Source: Oculina patagonica (taxonomy: Eukaryota). Taken from it: 64,000 nucleotides of DNA. The position numbers were made by a program, and so were the translations under genes. Where the stretch lies: contig NC_135765.1 of NCBI RefSeq assembly GCF_052425735.1, forward strand, positions 1,364,001 through 1,428,000. The letters are read 5' to 3'. The first letter of the stretch is position 1. Each line of letters starts with the position of its first letter. Below the pieces are notes generated by a model. It was given only the letters and a program-made list of their open reading frames with translations. It searched no databases and was not told the origin of the DNA. Shown piece after piece: positions 28,701-42,000 of this stretch.

Positions 28701-28939
28701 ACTATGACGGTTCCACCATACAGATGGGTCACAACACCTATATCAATCATGAGAAGGTGATGGAAAGTGCGGGGAGCGTTATAAGCGCCGAACGAAAATA
28801 CAACACCAAGTATCATGGCGGCGTTTTCTTACTTCAGGAAAACGACACCATCTCCGTTCACATACCGTACACCACGCACTACTTCATGGACAGCGAGGGT
28901 AGCTTTTTCGGAGCGTTTTTGCTGCACTATATCGATTAG
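22703..28939 (+). CDS. G3: collagen-containing TNF superfamily ligand, ~368 aa, exons 22703-22984, 23136-23205, 24553-24597, 25405-25431, 25919-26026, 26564-26698, 27660-27685, 27971-28022, 28578-28939
   Basis: Exon 1 paralogous to G2 ([11 protein letters not shown]), furin RDRR, CPC, ~38 Gly-X-Y triplets including [18 protein letters not shown] strand A, and a THD exon ending in TAG. Phases are consistent (1107 nt). Confidence 0.9.
26790..26990 (-). mobile_element. tRNA-derived SINE in G3 intron 6
   Basis: On the - strand, tggcgcagtggtgagagcgctcgcc...ggttcgattcc (A/B-box-like head) followed by a non-tRNA body. Confidence 0.6.
27136..27348. mobile_element. TA-flanked MITE
   Basis: TA|CCTTATTGTTACTTATTTTCGC...GCGAAAATAAGTAACAATAAGG|TA. 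Confidence 0.7.
28132..28564. mobile_element. TA-flanked Tc1/pogo-type MITE ending 13 nt before the G3 THD exon
   Basis: TA|CAGTAAAAGCCCGCGAGTAAGAACCT...AGGTTCTTACTCGCGGGTTTTTATTG|TA. Confidence 0.72.
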
Positions 28940-30047
28940 ATTAGAAGGTCGAGGCCATAGGTAGGAAGTTAACCTCTAAAAGGTTAAGGTGCGGTTTGTA
29001 CTCCCCTTAATATCCCTAGCGGAATAGTGTAAGGAGCTTGTCGTCGCTGTCTTCGATCGTTCAAGTAAGGCATTAGGCTCGATAGAATAAGATCAGGCTT
29101 AGTTATCAAAATAAGGCTTAAAGGAGAATTTGCTGTCTCAGTTTAGGCTAGAATTCTGTTGTCTAAGATATCCAACCCGACCAGACGCCGTCTTTCTGTT
29201 TACCGGCCTAACGCAAACAATAATTAGTTATCCTACTGATGGATTATCCTTGTAAGTGTATTTGAAGGTTGTAATGTTATCCTGCAACTAATATCTCACT
29301 AGCTGCGCTAGCTTTCCGAAGGGTATAATGTAGAGATGTATTGTCCATGCTTAGACATCAGGATTACGATGTTGTGCCTGGTTGGCCTGTGGTCTCGATG
29401 CTGCCTGATCTGTGCCTCTTGCCGGTTCCACGACAACTCATTGGCTGATTTGTTATTCATTTAACCATCAACATCTTCTGCCTAACACGCATGAATAAAA
29501 AAACAGGCATGGAATTTACTTAATCACAAACTTTTTGTTGTTGTTTCTTTTGAAGATGTTTAATAGCGTACCCAGCAATGGGATACTGATTTTGTATATA
29601 TATATTCTGATGACTGTATCATGGGGTCGAAATTGTTCCTTGAAAGCAAATTATTCGATAGATTAATCGTGGATTGTTGAAGTGGCTAATCGACCAGTTA
29701 ATTAATTGACAAACATTTCACTGATTGAATGACTGAGTATGACTGATTGAATAATACGATCGATTGATCGACAAAATGATTGACAAACAGACAATACAAA
29801 GACAGACAGACAGGCAGAAAGCAGACACGATTGCCTTATGATCTTGAAACTGAGTTATGTGTTGTGACGTCATTTAAAATAATAAGTGCAAAGTTTTCAC
29901 ACAGTAGTTTTTACATTAATTTTAGTGGCTTTCATACTCAGAAAATGCATATCAAAGCCTCTTATGCCCTTGTTTTTAATTCATGATCAAAACAAAATTA
30001 AAATTCGCAGCGATTTCCTTATACCGACATTGGTGTTTGTTTCGCAG

Positions 30048-30409
30048 TATCTAGACGCACAGTTCGGAACTGGTTGGTGAAGTACAGATCAGGCAGAATT
30101 CAGCACCATAACGGGGTCATACAAGTACAAATATCTGGATTTTATTTCGTGTATTCCCAGATGTTTTACCATGATGGAACACCACTTCAAATCAGTCATC
30201 AGTTGTTCGTCAATTCAGAGAAATTCATGGAGAGTACATCTGCTGTTGTTAGTGTAGCTAGAAAATATAACACCAACTATCACGGGGGCGTCGCTTTTCT
30301 GAACACGACGGATCGCATTTCTGTCCGAACTCCATTTTCGACTCTATATTACATGAACCCAAGTTCTAGCTATTTTGGCGCATTTCTGCTTCATCCTACA
30401 ACACGTTAA
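30048..30409 (+). CDS. Extra intact TNF-homology-domain exon downstream of G3 (candidate alternative last exon of G3, or relic second THD)
   Basis: Acceptor tttcgcag at 30047, phase 1, open 362-nt frame (..RTVRNWLVKY..GFYFVYSQMFY..YHGG..YFGAFLLHPTTR*). No own TM or collagen exons lie upstream. Confidence 0.8.
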
Positions 30410-31389
30410 CCCTAGTCTTCTGATTGAAATACACATTCTCTACACTGACAGCCAGAGACTGCTTTCAATGTTAATTCTGGGAATTTGGAAGTTTATCAAG
30501 CTTGTAACCCGTATGTTTTTATGATTTGACCTCCCTGTTCGATCGTTGCTGTAAGAAGAAAAAACATGTTACTAACACCCGGGATTTAAAAGTTTAAAAT
30601 CGGCTTCAACTTCATTAATCAGTTTCTATTTTGAAGGCAAAGGAGTAGCTCTGATGACACTGTGATGTCAAACGCACCCGAAAGAAAACTCGAATAAAAG
30701 CCTTCGGACTCCTTGGTCAGCGGTTGGTTTCCAGGGAACTGGCTGAGTTACCTGGGCATTAGTTTATGCATGATACGTTTGAGGAAAAGGGTCCTTAGAC
30801 CTCTAAGAAACAACCGAAACCAAGATATTCTCTTGCCGAAACTGAGGTTTGTTGCAATTGTTTGCGAAACCTTCAGTTATAGTCCTCAGTATATTTCCTG
30901 TTCATAAATACGAAGCACTGTTTCTCAACGTTTGAAATATTTTTTTGCAAGGGAAGACCATCTTTGCACTTTTGACAAACGCATCGCAATGTAAAAAAAT
31001 AGTTTTAATGAAAAAAAAACTTGGAGAGGACTGATTCTTGAAACATGCAAACAAGCCCTTAAAAGGCAGATTGTTTTTTATATCCATACAAACAGTGAAA
31101 AAAAAAACCCAATACACTCGAACAACTACAGATAATAGAGAAAGTGTATTTCAACCACAATCTCTCTCTTCTTCCCGCTCCCTGGGAACGAGGTTGTCCT
31201 GAACAAGGCGGTCATTAATACGGTCTCAATGAGAATCAGCTTATCTCTAGTTTCTGATCAGATTGTGCCGCTTACATGAAGCCCTTTGGTATCCAAAGCT
31301 TGTAACATAGCGTTTACATAAATGTCAGTATTACTGATTTCGCGCTTGGTGAACAACTGCTATGCAAGTTAACTTTAGCTTTGTAGTTA

Positions 31390-31484
31390 CAGTTAAATCC
31401 CGATAACTCGAACCTTTTGAACCTTCAAGGGAAATCGAAAAAGGTTTGAGTTAGCGGGAGGTTCAAGTTATCGGGATTCGACTG
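31390..31484. mobile_element. Very short pogo/Tigger-like MITE
   Basis: TA|CAGTTAAATCCCGATAACTCGAACC...GGTTCAAGTTATCGGGATTCGACTG|TA. Confidence 0.6.
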
Positions 31485-32966
31485 TAGTTAGTATAACAAA
31501 AGAACGTTTTTTTAAAATTATGTAGTGACCATGGATGTTAAATTTTATGGAAGTTGAGCAGTGGATATTTTAAGCATCGCTTGATGTAGCAAACTTTGTC
31601 GTTTTATTTTCAGTAATACGAGTTGTAAGTATCACTTATTCGTTGTTGTAAACGAAATAAAATAAGCGTTTTTGTACTGAACTATTGCTGTCGAAAATCT
31701 TTATTTGGGTCACCACTGAGTTAAAATGGCAGAAAGCGAATTGCAAGATATTATGCAATGTTATTTTCGCTCACTTCCCCGGTTCCCGGCACCCAGTCCC
31801 CTCTCTTTTCAGGCAGCGAGAGACAGTGTCATTTGTTACCTTACGGTTATTACCAAAGGGAAACAAAATTAAGCATAATCAACTTGAAAAATTCTTTTAC
31901 AAAAAGATGCCGGTAATTTTGTTCTTTCTGGATATGCAAATTTTCGTTCAATATCAAGTGAGGTTGTTCTTTTACTGAACATTTAATTCCATCTTAGCTA
32001 TATGTTCATTTAAAACTCGTTCACATGATATCACTAACTCTATAAACTTTTCGGAAAATCGCTAAATTAAATAGACGCTAAATCTTGCTTTGAAAAATCG
32101 CTAAAATTAGTAGCCTCTAAGGTATATATGATAGTTTTTCATTCACAAAACGCCAAAGGTTGGACTCGTGATCGACTGACAAAACGAAAGCAACACATAT
32201 TAATTACTGAAATCCCCTTTTGGTAACCTTATTTTAAACGGTGTCACGTATAACACAAAATTCCACAGATAACAGATATAAGTAGTTCACGTGCTCCTCA
32301 CATGGAAACGTTTGACTTGTCACGTGACAGAGTTCTGTGTGCCAACAGAACTTACAACACAACAGATGTTGCTGTCACGCAGGGCTCGCGGGAGCAAATC
32401 TTCCCCACAAAAGGCCTGCGAATACAGCCGCCTCTCATCGCCCCCGCTAGCGGTGAGAGGCGGCTGTATTCGCAGTCTAGCCTGAAAAGGTGCGGCCACA
32501 TTTTGAAGAAAGCAAATTTATATCCAAAGCAGAGGTTTTTTTACGAAAAGAAAGAAATTGATAGTTTACTCTAACAACAACCGAAATTGGAAGGATTTGC
32601 AGTACACGGTATCATTTGATCTTTATGATAACGTGCTACTAATCGGAGAAGGCATTCCTTCTTAATAAAACTTTCCTGCAGTATTCAGCGATACTAACTT
32701 TAAATTTTGCACATTTTCTTCTGGCTTTGTTACCAGAAAATATATGATTAATTGGTTAGCCCTGGGTTAACTACACTTGGTAGACAAGTCACCGCATTGA
32801 ACACTTATTTCAGGGGCAAACATTGTAGATCTGTTGGCAATCTGCCCTGTTAATTCGAGTCTTGAATCTTCTGCTCTGAGGTTAGTGTGGAATAACACTG
32901 TCACGTAATTGATATTTTGGCTTAGCACCAGGTCAGGTTCACGTGATCGCTATCCTTGTTTTATAA

Positions 32967-32979
32967 GGGAATTTTCCCC
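32967..32979 (+). promoter_or_regulatory. Putative NF-kB site upstream of G4
   Basis: GGGAATTTTCCCC, identical upstream of G5 while flanks have diverged. Confidence 0.5.
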
Positions 32980-33034
32980 CACATCTTGCCATTCAACTCT
33001 TGAATCTGTCGTTGTCCTGCTTGTTCTAGCAAGC

Positions 33035-36000
33035 ATGGAGAAGAAAGAAAAGCAAAGTGGAGGGCATCTTCTCCCTGTTTTAGTTGTTTGTATGTTGTTA
33101 GCTTGCGCGGGTCTTGTGTTTGCTATTTACACACACAGAGAACTCAGTTGGCTCAAAACCCAAATCAGTGAGCATGAGAAGCTCATACAGACCTTACAGC
33201 TCGGTGACAATGCTCGAGATATCCAGGTAGGATACTCGTTTTCTGTTTACACACGGTTTGCACACCTTGCTGATTTAGTGAAAAGGTTTACGTGTTGGCG
33301 CACTATGAATTTAACAATTGATTTTAATTCAGTTTTGTGTTTGTTTCAGGGGTCAAAGGAAGCAGTTCGTATTCGGAGAAGCACTCCGGATTCTTGCACA
33401 TGCGTTGGTAAGTGGCCCAAAATGTTTCTGTAGTAACAAGTTTTACAAAGTAGGTTTGCTTTCAATTGGGGAAACTTTTGACGGCGAGTTGGTAATTTAG
33501 CAGCCTTTTCCAATCGCTATTTTCCGGGAGGTTTGCAACTTTTGGGTGTCAGTAAAACGTGTAACAGACCGTAACAAGGGCAATCTAAATATCATATCAT
33601 TTTGGTGCAGTCTGTCGAAGCTGTCAGTTTCATTATTTCTCATAACAAGTCAAATTACGTTTGTGGTTGTTACTTATGAACATGTTTATGACCACTTACG
33701 GAGGGTCATTGCTAAAGCAGGAGTTTCTATTTACGAATTAAGCAACAAACAAAAGCAGGAGTTTCTATTTACGAATTAAGTAACAAACAAAGCAGGAGTT
33801 TCTATTTACGAATTAAGTAACAAACAAAGCAGGAGTTTCTATTTACGTGTTAAGTAACAAACAAAGCAGGAGTTTCTATTTAAGAATTAAGTAACAAACA
33901 AACCAGCAGTTTCTATTTACGAATTAAGTAACAAACAAAGCAGGAGTTTCTATTTACGAATTAAGTAACAAACAAAGCAGTAGTTTCTATTTACGAATTA
34001 AGTAACAAACAAAGCAGCAGTTTCTATTTACGAATTAAGTAACAAACAGAGCAGGAGTTTCTATTTACGTATTAAGTAGCTTAAGTAAACAGAGCAGAGG
34101 TTGGCAGGCAATTTCTGTCTCAGCAAGAATAGCACGCGCAGAGCAGGAGTTTCTCACACGTTTACAGGGCGGTAACCAGACCTTTCGCAAGGAGGTTCTG
34201 GAGGCATGCCCTCCAGAATGTTTGGAAATCTAGAAGCTCTGAAACTCTTTCTTAAACATATTTTATGAGGCATTTCTTGAAAAAGATACTCTTGTTCAAC
34301 TGGTTATTATTTTCCCAACTAATCATATTTAGTTATTAATTTTGGGTTACAATCTAGACGAGGCAAGTGCCTCGTCTTGCCCCTTGCTAGTTACGGCCCT
34401 GATTTACTATACAAGCGTTTTATTCGATTACCATTGGTTGGTTGTTTGCGATAAAGGGACTGTTTGACTTGGTATTCTTCCAGTAATTTTGTATCATTGC
34501 ATCTTGGACTTCTAGGAGCCCCAGGGAAACGTGGTCTAAGGGGACAGCCTGGAGGTACCGGCGCCGAAGGCCCCCGTGGCTCTCCAGGTAACGAATTCAC
34601 AGTTTACAATGAAAATGATAAAATTAATCACCACTACCTAAAATACTTTCTTTCGGCATTCATACAGCTGTTTCATTTTGTAATCTATTTCTCATCACTA
34701 CATGTAAAGGGTTTCTTCAGCGCGGCCGAGTGATTTAAGGCGCTGGTGTTGCAATCCGGAGGTCCCGGGTTCAAATCCTCCACCCTGCTACTTGTTGGAT
34801 TTGTTCTAGGTTGTCCCGTGTTTGTTCTCTGTTGTCCCGTGTTTGTTCTCTGTTGTCCCGTGTTTGTTCTCGGTTGTCCCGTGTTTGTTCTCGGTTGTCC
34901 CGTGTTTGTTCTTGGTTGTCCCGTGTTTGTTCTCGGTTGTCCCGTATTTGTTCTCGGTTGTCCCGAGTTTGTTCTCGGTAGTCCCGAGTTCAAATCCTCG
35001 GTCATGCTTTGTAAATAGCCAACTGGTCTACCTCCTACCAGTTGGAAATTTTAATCATGTTATGCGTTTTATTTTATTTGGAAACTATCTATCTCGAAGA
35101 TAACCGCATGGCCTCTATAAACAACATTTACATTGTTTTCATTTTACACCATTGAGTAGACAAGTGATAAGGATACGAAAATAATAAACTTGGAAAGTTC
35201 TCTTGATTTACAAACACTCTTTGAACTTAAATAAAATTTACATAAATATCAAAATTTCATGTTTCTACCTTTGGTGGATTGAATAGTTACAATACGAATT
35301 GCAGTCTTCTTTGCCAAGACTTATGACAGATTATGACATAAGGAAAGAAAAATTAGTGTTTTTAGACAAATCCAAATTACAGTATAAATAGCCCAAAGCT
35401 TATATAACGAATATTCGCAACGAGATTATGCAACAAGTTTTGTAAAAGGTCTGATGTTCATGGACGAGAAACCCGCCAACACCAAAGCTTGCAAATTCCT
35501 CTGTTCAGGACCGCAGCAGGCCAAAGAACATTCACCTACAGAGCCGTAAACCTATGGAACAGCCTTGATATTAAAATCAAAAATGCTAAATCTCTGTACT
35601 CTTTTAAAACAAACCTTAGGAATCATCTTCTTTTAAACTTTTAATCATTATTTTATTTGATTTAAATTTTATTTGTAAATATTAGAGTTAAGTAGTTTTA
35701 TTTTTTATTGTAAATAGAAACTGAAAAGCCCTGTGGGGGATTTTTCTATTAAAGTTCTTCTTCTTCTTGACATATCTATAAATAACATTGGGTTTGTCGT
35801 TATTGGTGTTTGCAATACCGTTATCTTAACCCCAAGATTTATTATCAATATGATTTAGGTTCACGCGGACCTGCTGGGCCGCAAGGCATCAAGGGAGACC
35901 GTGGTGACGCAGGTGAGAGTTGTAATTGTTTTAATCAAAGTCCCAATATTCTTGGTTTTTATGTTACGTCATAAAATTCTGAAATCAAAATTCACTAGGC

Positions 36001-39000
36001 CTGCTAAATTTTCGTTGTCATTAGGCGAAAGATAAGCTAAAAATATATATTTTTGCAAATTTCCAGATCGATAGTGTCATTCGTTTTTAAAACAGAGAAT
36101 TTTGAATATTTGAGTTCTCCGTCGTATGTGACATCAAGCTGAGTGCCGCGACAAAGCTGTTTTGTTTGAAAAAAGGCCTTTCCTTTCCATTTTGTGCAGA
36201 TTGAACATTTCAAATATAATAAGTGGTGTTTATGTGAAAGTGTACTAGCTCTTAAGCCAAGGATAGCTGCTGTTGTAAACAGAATTGAGTTCCAGATGGT
36301 TTCTCTGACATCACGGCGGCCATAACTGTGTCCCTCGGAAGGACACAGTTATGGCGTCTCCATACTAAGCTTTATAAATTTGCGTGGAAAGGTTCGGAAA
36401 TAACTCGCGAACAGCACACCGCACAGACCCGAAACTTGGAGAAATTGTTTATCTATTTATCATCTATATAGGATCAGAGGTAGCTGGTATTTAATAGAAA
36501 AATAAAAGCGCTCAAAACGCGTGCACTTGCGTTGGTTTAATACTGTCCTACTCCTATGTAGTTAGGTTCTGCTCTGTCTAGTAGGGAGATATTTTGTCGG
36601 TCTCGGTCTTCAGGCCTAGTAAAACGAGGCAACATGTTTCCAGACACACTCGTAGCGCGCGCATGATTCCCCAATGTTTCCTAGTTTTGCCACACGGGAA
36701 GCATTGCTTCCAGCGTCAATTTTAGTCTCCAAGACTAAACTTGCTTCCGCTACACGGCAGAAACATTCCGTGTTTCCGCGCGGCATAGAACCATGGCAAA
36801 ACGAGGAAACAATTATGGAAGCATGTTTCTACTCGTTTTGCCGGGCCTTTAGTTCACCGACAGTTCCTTGATCTATATCCTGCAGATATCGATGGATACC
36901 CGTATTGGAATTAAAGCTTAGACCATAGTGCTTTCATTTCATTATCTTATGTCTGTTTATTATTTTATTGCATCTTTTATTTGCAGGTTTCCCAGGGCCA
37001 CCAGGTGAGACAGGGATGCATGGCCCCCGAGGCTTTAAAGGTAACGACTTTAGAGTTTATAATGAAATGTGACGTTCTCAGTCTTAGTTCTTTGTTTTCT
37101 TTTCGATATCGTTATTGGAATTAAAGAGTCTAGTCTATGATGCTTTCATTGGATTAGAGCAGTTTTCACTTGAGTATCGAAAGTAATTTGTATTTGCTTT
37201 GGTTTTAGTGATTGGTTTAAAAAACTCACGACACTTTCTCAACCAATCAAAAGAAAAACCAAAACCAATCGTGTCTCTCGAGTCTCGCTCGTGCTCATTT
37301 TCCCGGGCCAGTTTTCCCGCGCTTCGTGCCGGCACATGTATTTGTTTCGGGTTTTGATTTGTTTAGTGGATTTTCTGTGTCCTTTGTGATTGGCCACTGT
37401 GATTACTTTGCTTTTGGATCGCGACACTTCCTCAACCAATAAGATGTAAATCCAAAACCAATCGTGATTCATTCGCACGCGTTCTCCCCCGCTTTGTGTC
37501 AGCTGCGTGTGTTTGCTTCGAGTTTTGATTGGTTCACTGGATTGTCAGTGTCCTTTATGATTGGTCAGAGTAATCACTCTGGTTTTGGTAAAAAGATAAT
37601 CAATCGAAAATCGCTCTATTGGAACTATACAGTCTAGTGTATGATGCTTTCATTTGATTATCTGCGCTCTGTTTTAATACTTTATTGCTGTATCTTTGAC
37701 TTGTAGGAAATGAAGGATTTCCAGGAAATAAAGGCGAAAAAGGTTTGCGTACCCCTCCCCTGGCCCGCCAGATAATGACATTATAGTTTGCAATAAAAAA
37801 TAATTCTTACATGGAAGTAGTAATCTCAAAGTTATTTTTGATTCATCAAGCTCCATCAAAAGAAATTATAACTGTGATGGTGTTTGGAAATGTATTCGTA
37901 ATAAGCACGAGGTTAAATTACAATTGTACTTCTCCGTTTTGTTTGATTTCAAACTCGGCCTAGGCCTGGTAAACACGACGTTTGTTTGACTCCTCCCAGC
38001 CCGGTTTTATACATTTTTTTTTTACATTTTATACATTATTTCAGCAAGGCGTTTTATACATTATTTTTGACAGACCTATCGATTTCCACTATGTTTGAGG
38101 GGTTATTTACACCTCCACCTTGGAAACCCGGCGTTTACTATCTACCTAAGGGCAAAAGGCATCATAGTAGATAACGAACATTTGTGACAAGAGTACGGTT
38201 ACATCTGTCAATAACTTTCGATTCGTAATACCTTTTTAAAAACATCAAGTTTTTTATCAATGTGATTCAGGTGAAGCTGGATATCCTGGTTTCAAGGGAG
38301 AACCCGGTGAAAAAGGTGAGAATATTAATTGCTCTTACCATAGGCCCATATATCTCAGGGATCAAAATAACTTGTATTTAATCAAAGAAGCACTGAAGAT
38401 TGTTGCACTCGTGTTGGTTAAATTCAGTAATAGTTCTTATGAAGTTCTGTTCTGGAGAGATGTTTAACGGTCTCAGTCTAAGTTCACCGACATTTCCTTA
38501 CTTTATTTTTGCCATTGAAGGCTGTATGATATTGTTATTAAAATTACAGAATCTGGTCCATGGTACTTTCATTTGATTATCGCATCTCCGTTCTAATATT
38601 TTACTGTATCTTTGACTTGCAGGCGCAGTAGGCTTGCCAGGAGTAACTGGCCCTATAGGTAATCACTTTATAGTTTATAATAAAATTGCTAGGCGAGCCA
38701 GGAATAACCGGTACACCCGGCCCTACTGGCCCGATAGGTAATGACTCTACAGTTTATGTTCCGAAATCCGTACAGTTGTTACATTCTCTAGAAAAGAAAT
38801 ACATTGTCAAGTGAACAGAATACATTGCCAGCCGCTGTTCCTTGTGTTTGTTTGTTTGCCGTTAAGCGCAGCTTGATATCCTGACTGGAATCACAGCGCC
38901 CAGTCTATGGTAATTTAATCTGACGTTATTGTCTCTTTTTAGTGTAGTGTTTGAACTACACTAATGCAGTAGATTGTTTGGGAGGTGAAAAGTGCTAAGG

Positions 39001-42000
39001 GGATAACGCTAGCTGTAAACAATTCCAAGCATGCCATTCATTTCAAAAGATCGGCTTTCAAATAGCCTGCGTTGTTGCAGCCAGACGTGTCACCAAATCC
39101 TTACTGCCAGGCTACTTTCAAGAGATCGTGTATGATTATATGCAAGATTTAAATCCTCGCGTTTCCAGGTATGAATTGCAAGAATTACTTGTCTTTTGCC
39201 GAAAAACTGAGAAAAAAAAACTGAGAAACAGCAAATACATGTCAAAAAGCAAGTTTCTTTGATTTGTCAAACATGCATGAAACCCGGGGGGGGGGGCACT
39301 CCCCTATATGGCCTATACGGGGACGTGCCGCTGGATAGGGTATGGTTTTTGACTCCTCCGGTCCTGAACAGGGTATATAATTTCAAGCTCCTCTGTCCTA
39401 AACAGGGTCTGAAGCTGTCCTAGACAGGGTATGGATGCAAGACTGTCGTCCATGTATTTACATTGTTTTCGCTTTCGCTTCAATAAGAAGCATTATTTTA
39501 TTTGGTGGGATCGGTGTTTTTGCATTTCAATGCGTCAAACATCGCGTACGGGACGCAATCACAATCAAGCGTAAATGATTGTTGATGCTGTCCTTTGTCC
39601 TAAATAGGGTCTTAAAATAGCGGGTGTTGTCCTACACAGGGTAGGTATTTTAAGTTTTTATTGTCCTAAACAGGGTCAGGGTTTCAAACCTCCAGCGGCA
39701 CCCCTATACCTAAACATAGGTCAAGTACCCCCCCCCCCCCCCGGGGCATGAAAGCGAATGTTTCCAAATTTATATTTAAGCGACATGACCTTTTCCCGAC
39801 ATCAACAATCCGTCACGCAAATTGAACATTTCTCAAGTATTTCCTTCCATGAATGAAACTTTTGTTTGAGAGCGGAATATTTTCTCAGAAGAAAGTTTTC
39901 AGACCGTCGGACATTATAACAAGTGTGCCGTGTGAAATCTTCGTAGTGCAAAAACCAATACTTTCACTGCTGATTCCATCTGTTAAAAAAAAAAAGAATT
40001 TACCGCAGTTTTCTGTTTTTTAACGTGGGAACTGTGGAACGGTTATATAGGTTTGGCTTCGTCAGTTGGAAGAGCTAAATCAAGCTTGAGGGCCGAAAAT
40101 TTCGAAGTCCACTTTGACTGGTTTGTCAACTATTGTTATTCAACTGAAGAGAAATAGTTATTGATTTATTGTATTGCCCATCTTTTCGATTTTAATTGTG
40201 ATTTTCTTGTCCGTGACATTGTTTTGCTTTTGGATTTTCGGACGGTCTGTAGTCAACATAAGTTTGTATGCGGAGGAGGGAAATAAGCGAAAATTTCGCA
40301 TATTGTGATTATAACGAAAATTAAACTGACATCACTTCATTTCGAAATAAAACACGATGTAAATTTTATTGTCATCAACAGTAAGTAAATTCAACTTATC
40401 GTCGTGTCCAAGGGAGGACAATGTTGTGTTTCATTTTTTTATGGTCTAAACGGTAACCTCTTCGGCTTGATAGAGGTGTTAATCTTAGTTGCTACATGTA
40501 TTTCAAACACTACACTCTCCGATTGGAGCACTCGTTTAATATTTTAACACTACGTCTAGCGAAGCGCACTATTACTAAAAATAGATTTCTCCGCATGAGA
40601 CCCCCCGCATGAGTCGGACAACAATTTGAGTTTGGCCAAAGGCTTTGTATGGAAAGGACGCATTCTTGACAAGAAAAAAGGCGATTAAGGCTCAATTTGA
40701 GGCCGAGACTTTTGAAAATCCCGAAAAATGGTAGATTTTTTAACACTGTTGCTTTAGTTAGTGAAAAACAGATTCAAGGTATCCAAAACATGGCCCAAAA
40801 TTGAATTTATTAGTCGAAGATCGGGCAATGACACCTTGATCGGCCCACTGCAAAATTACTCAGAATGCCGTGAAATTTATAGCGAATTACTATCATTGAT
40901 TAGAGTCTAGAATTGCGTCGAAATGCGAAGAATACTTCTTGTATGTTTGCTCCATTTAGGCCCTGTAAAGAACGTCAATTGCAAGAAATTCTCGAATTTG
41001 ACGGCACTGATATCCGGGCCGTCCGTCTGTTTCGAAAGATAGAGGGAGAAAATATTATGCTATTCATACGACTTTCTCATGGTATAATCAGATATATCGT
41101 TGCAGTTTGAAGGGCTTTCCTTTTAATAAAGCTGCTATTTATCCCCATTGCTTTTAAAGACTGCAGCTAGTCGGGCTCGTCAGTCTAACTAGTATTTTGC
41201 CGCCCATCGGTGTTATGAAATTGACCTCTGTTAATATTCGGGTCAGGCAAGGAGACCGATCGGACAAGCGTTTCTTTGCGTAATCTTGTCGTGGCATACA
41301 TCAGAGGTTAGCTCTATTGTGTTGCACAATGAGCCACTTAAAACAGTGTGAACATTCTGCATTTCGCGTAGAAATAAATGTTTTCTTTCACCGAATAGGG
41401 CCTTTATAATCCATTCAATAGCTGAGGGGAAACATTACATTTCTTGAATAATCGCTATAAACCAAGTTTTTAGCTTTCTACGTTGCACAGCTAAGGTTTT
41501 CTCTCGAATTCTGAGCCCACCTGGCAATAGTATCGTGAAACAATCGCTAAATATGCCTCCGAAGTGCCCGCCAACTCCATTTTGCCATACATTGCTCTTA
41601 CGGAGAGCGGTTTGTTTGTCTGACTTTTGTCCGAGTCACAACGGGGGTTAAAATTCTGTGACGTCATTAGTGCGCTTCGCTAAAATCGCTAAAATTAGTA
41701 GCCGCTAACAATAGTTACCTTAAGGTATATATTTCCACTAAAACTACAACTTTGAATAACTTGAATTTATGTTTGAGTGGGCAATTTACAACTCCACCTT
41801 GGAAACCCGGCGTTTACTATATATCTACCTAAGGGCAAAAGGCATCATAGTAGATAACGAACATGTGCGACAGGTGTCGGTTATATCTGTCAATAACTTT
41901 CGATTCGTAATAACCTTTTTAAAAACATCAAGTTTTTTATCAATGTGATTCAGGTGATCCTGGATATAATGGTTACAAGGGAGAACCCGGTGAAAAAGGT

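Noticed and set aside
29556-29605. Possible degenerate strand-A exon (MFNSVPSNG) before the orphan THD
   Set aside because: Has an acceptor-like context but lacks the HL/YL motif and a convincing donor
33714-34095. 37-bp repeat array of CRISPR-repeat-like length
   Set aside because: Units are directly adjacent with no unique spacers, there are no cas genes, and it lies in a eukaryotic intron: a minisatellite
34717-34795. tRNA gene
   Set aside because: The tRNA-like head runs into a repeat body and has dispersed relatives; treated as a SINE
34685-35103. ORFs with repeated PRTNTGQ / GCPVFVL heptads
   Set aside because: Translation artefact of a 21-bp tandem repeat inside a SINE
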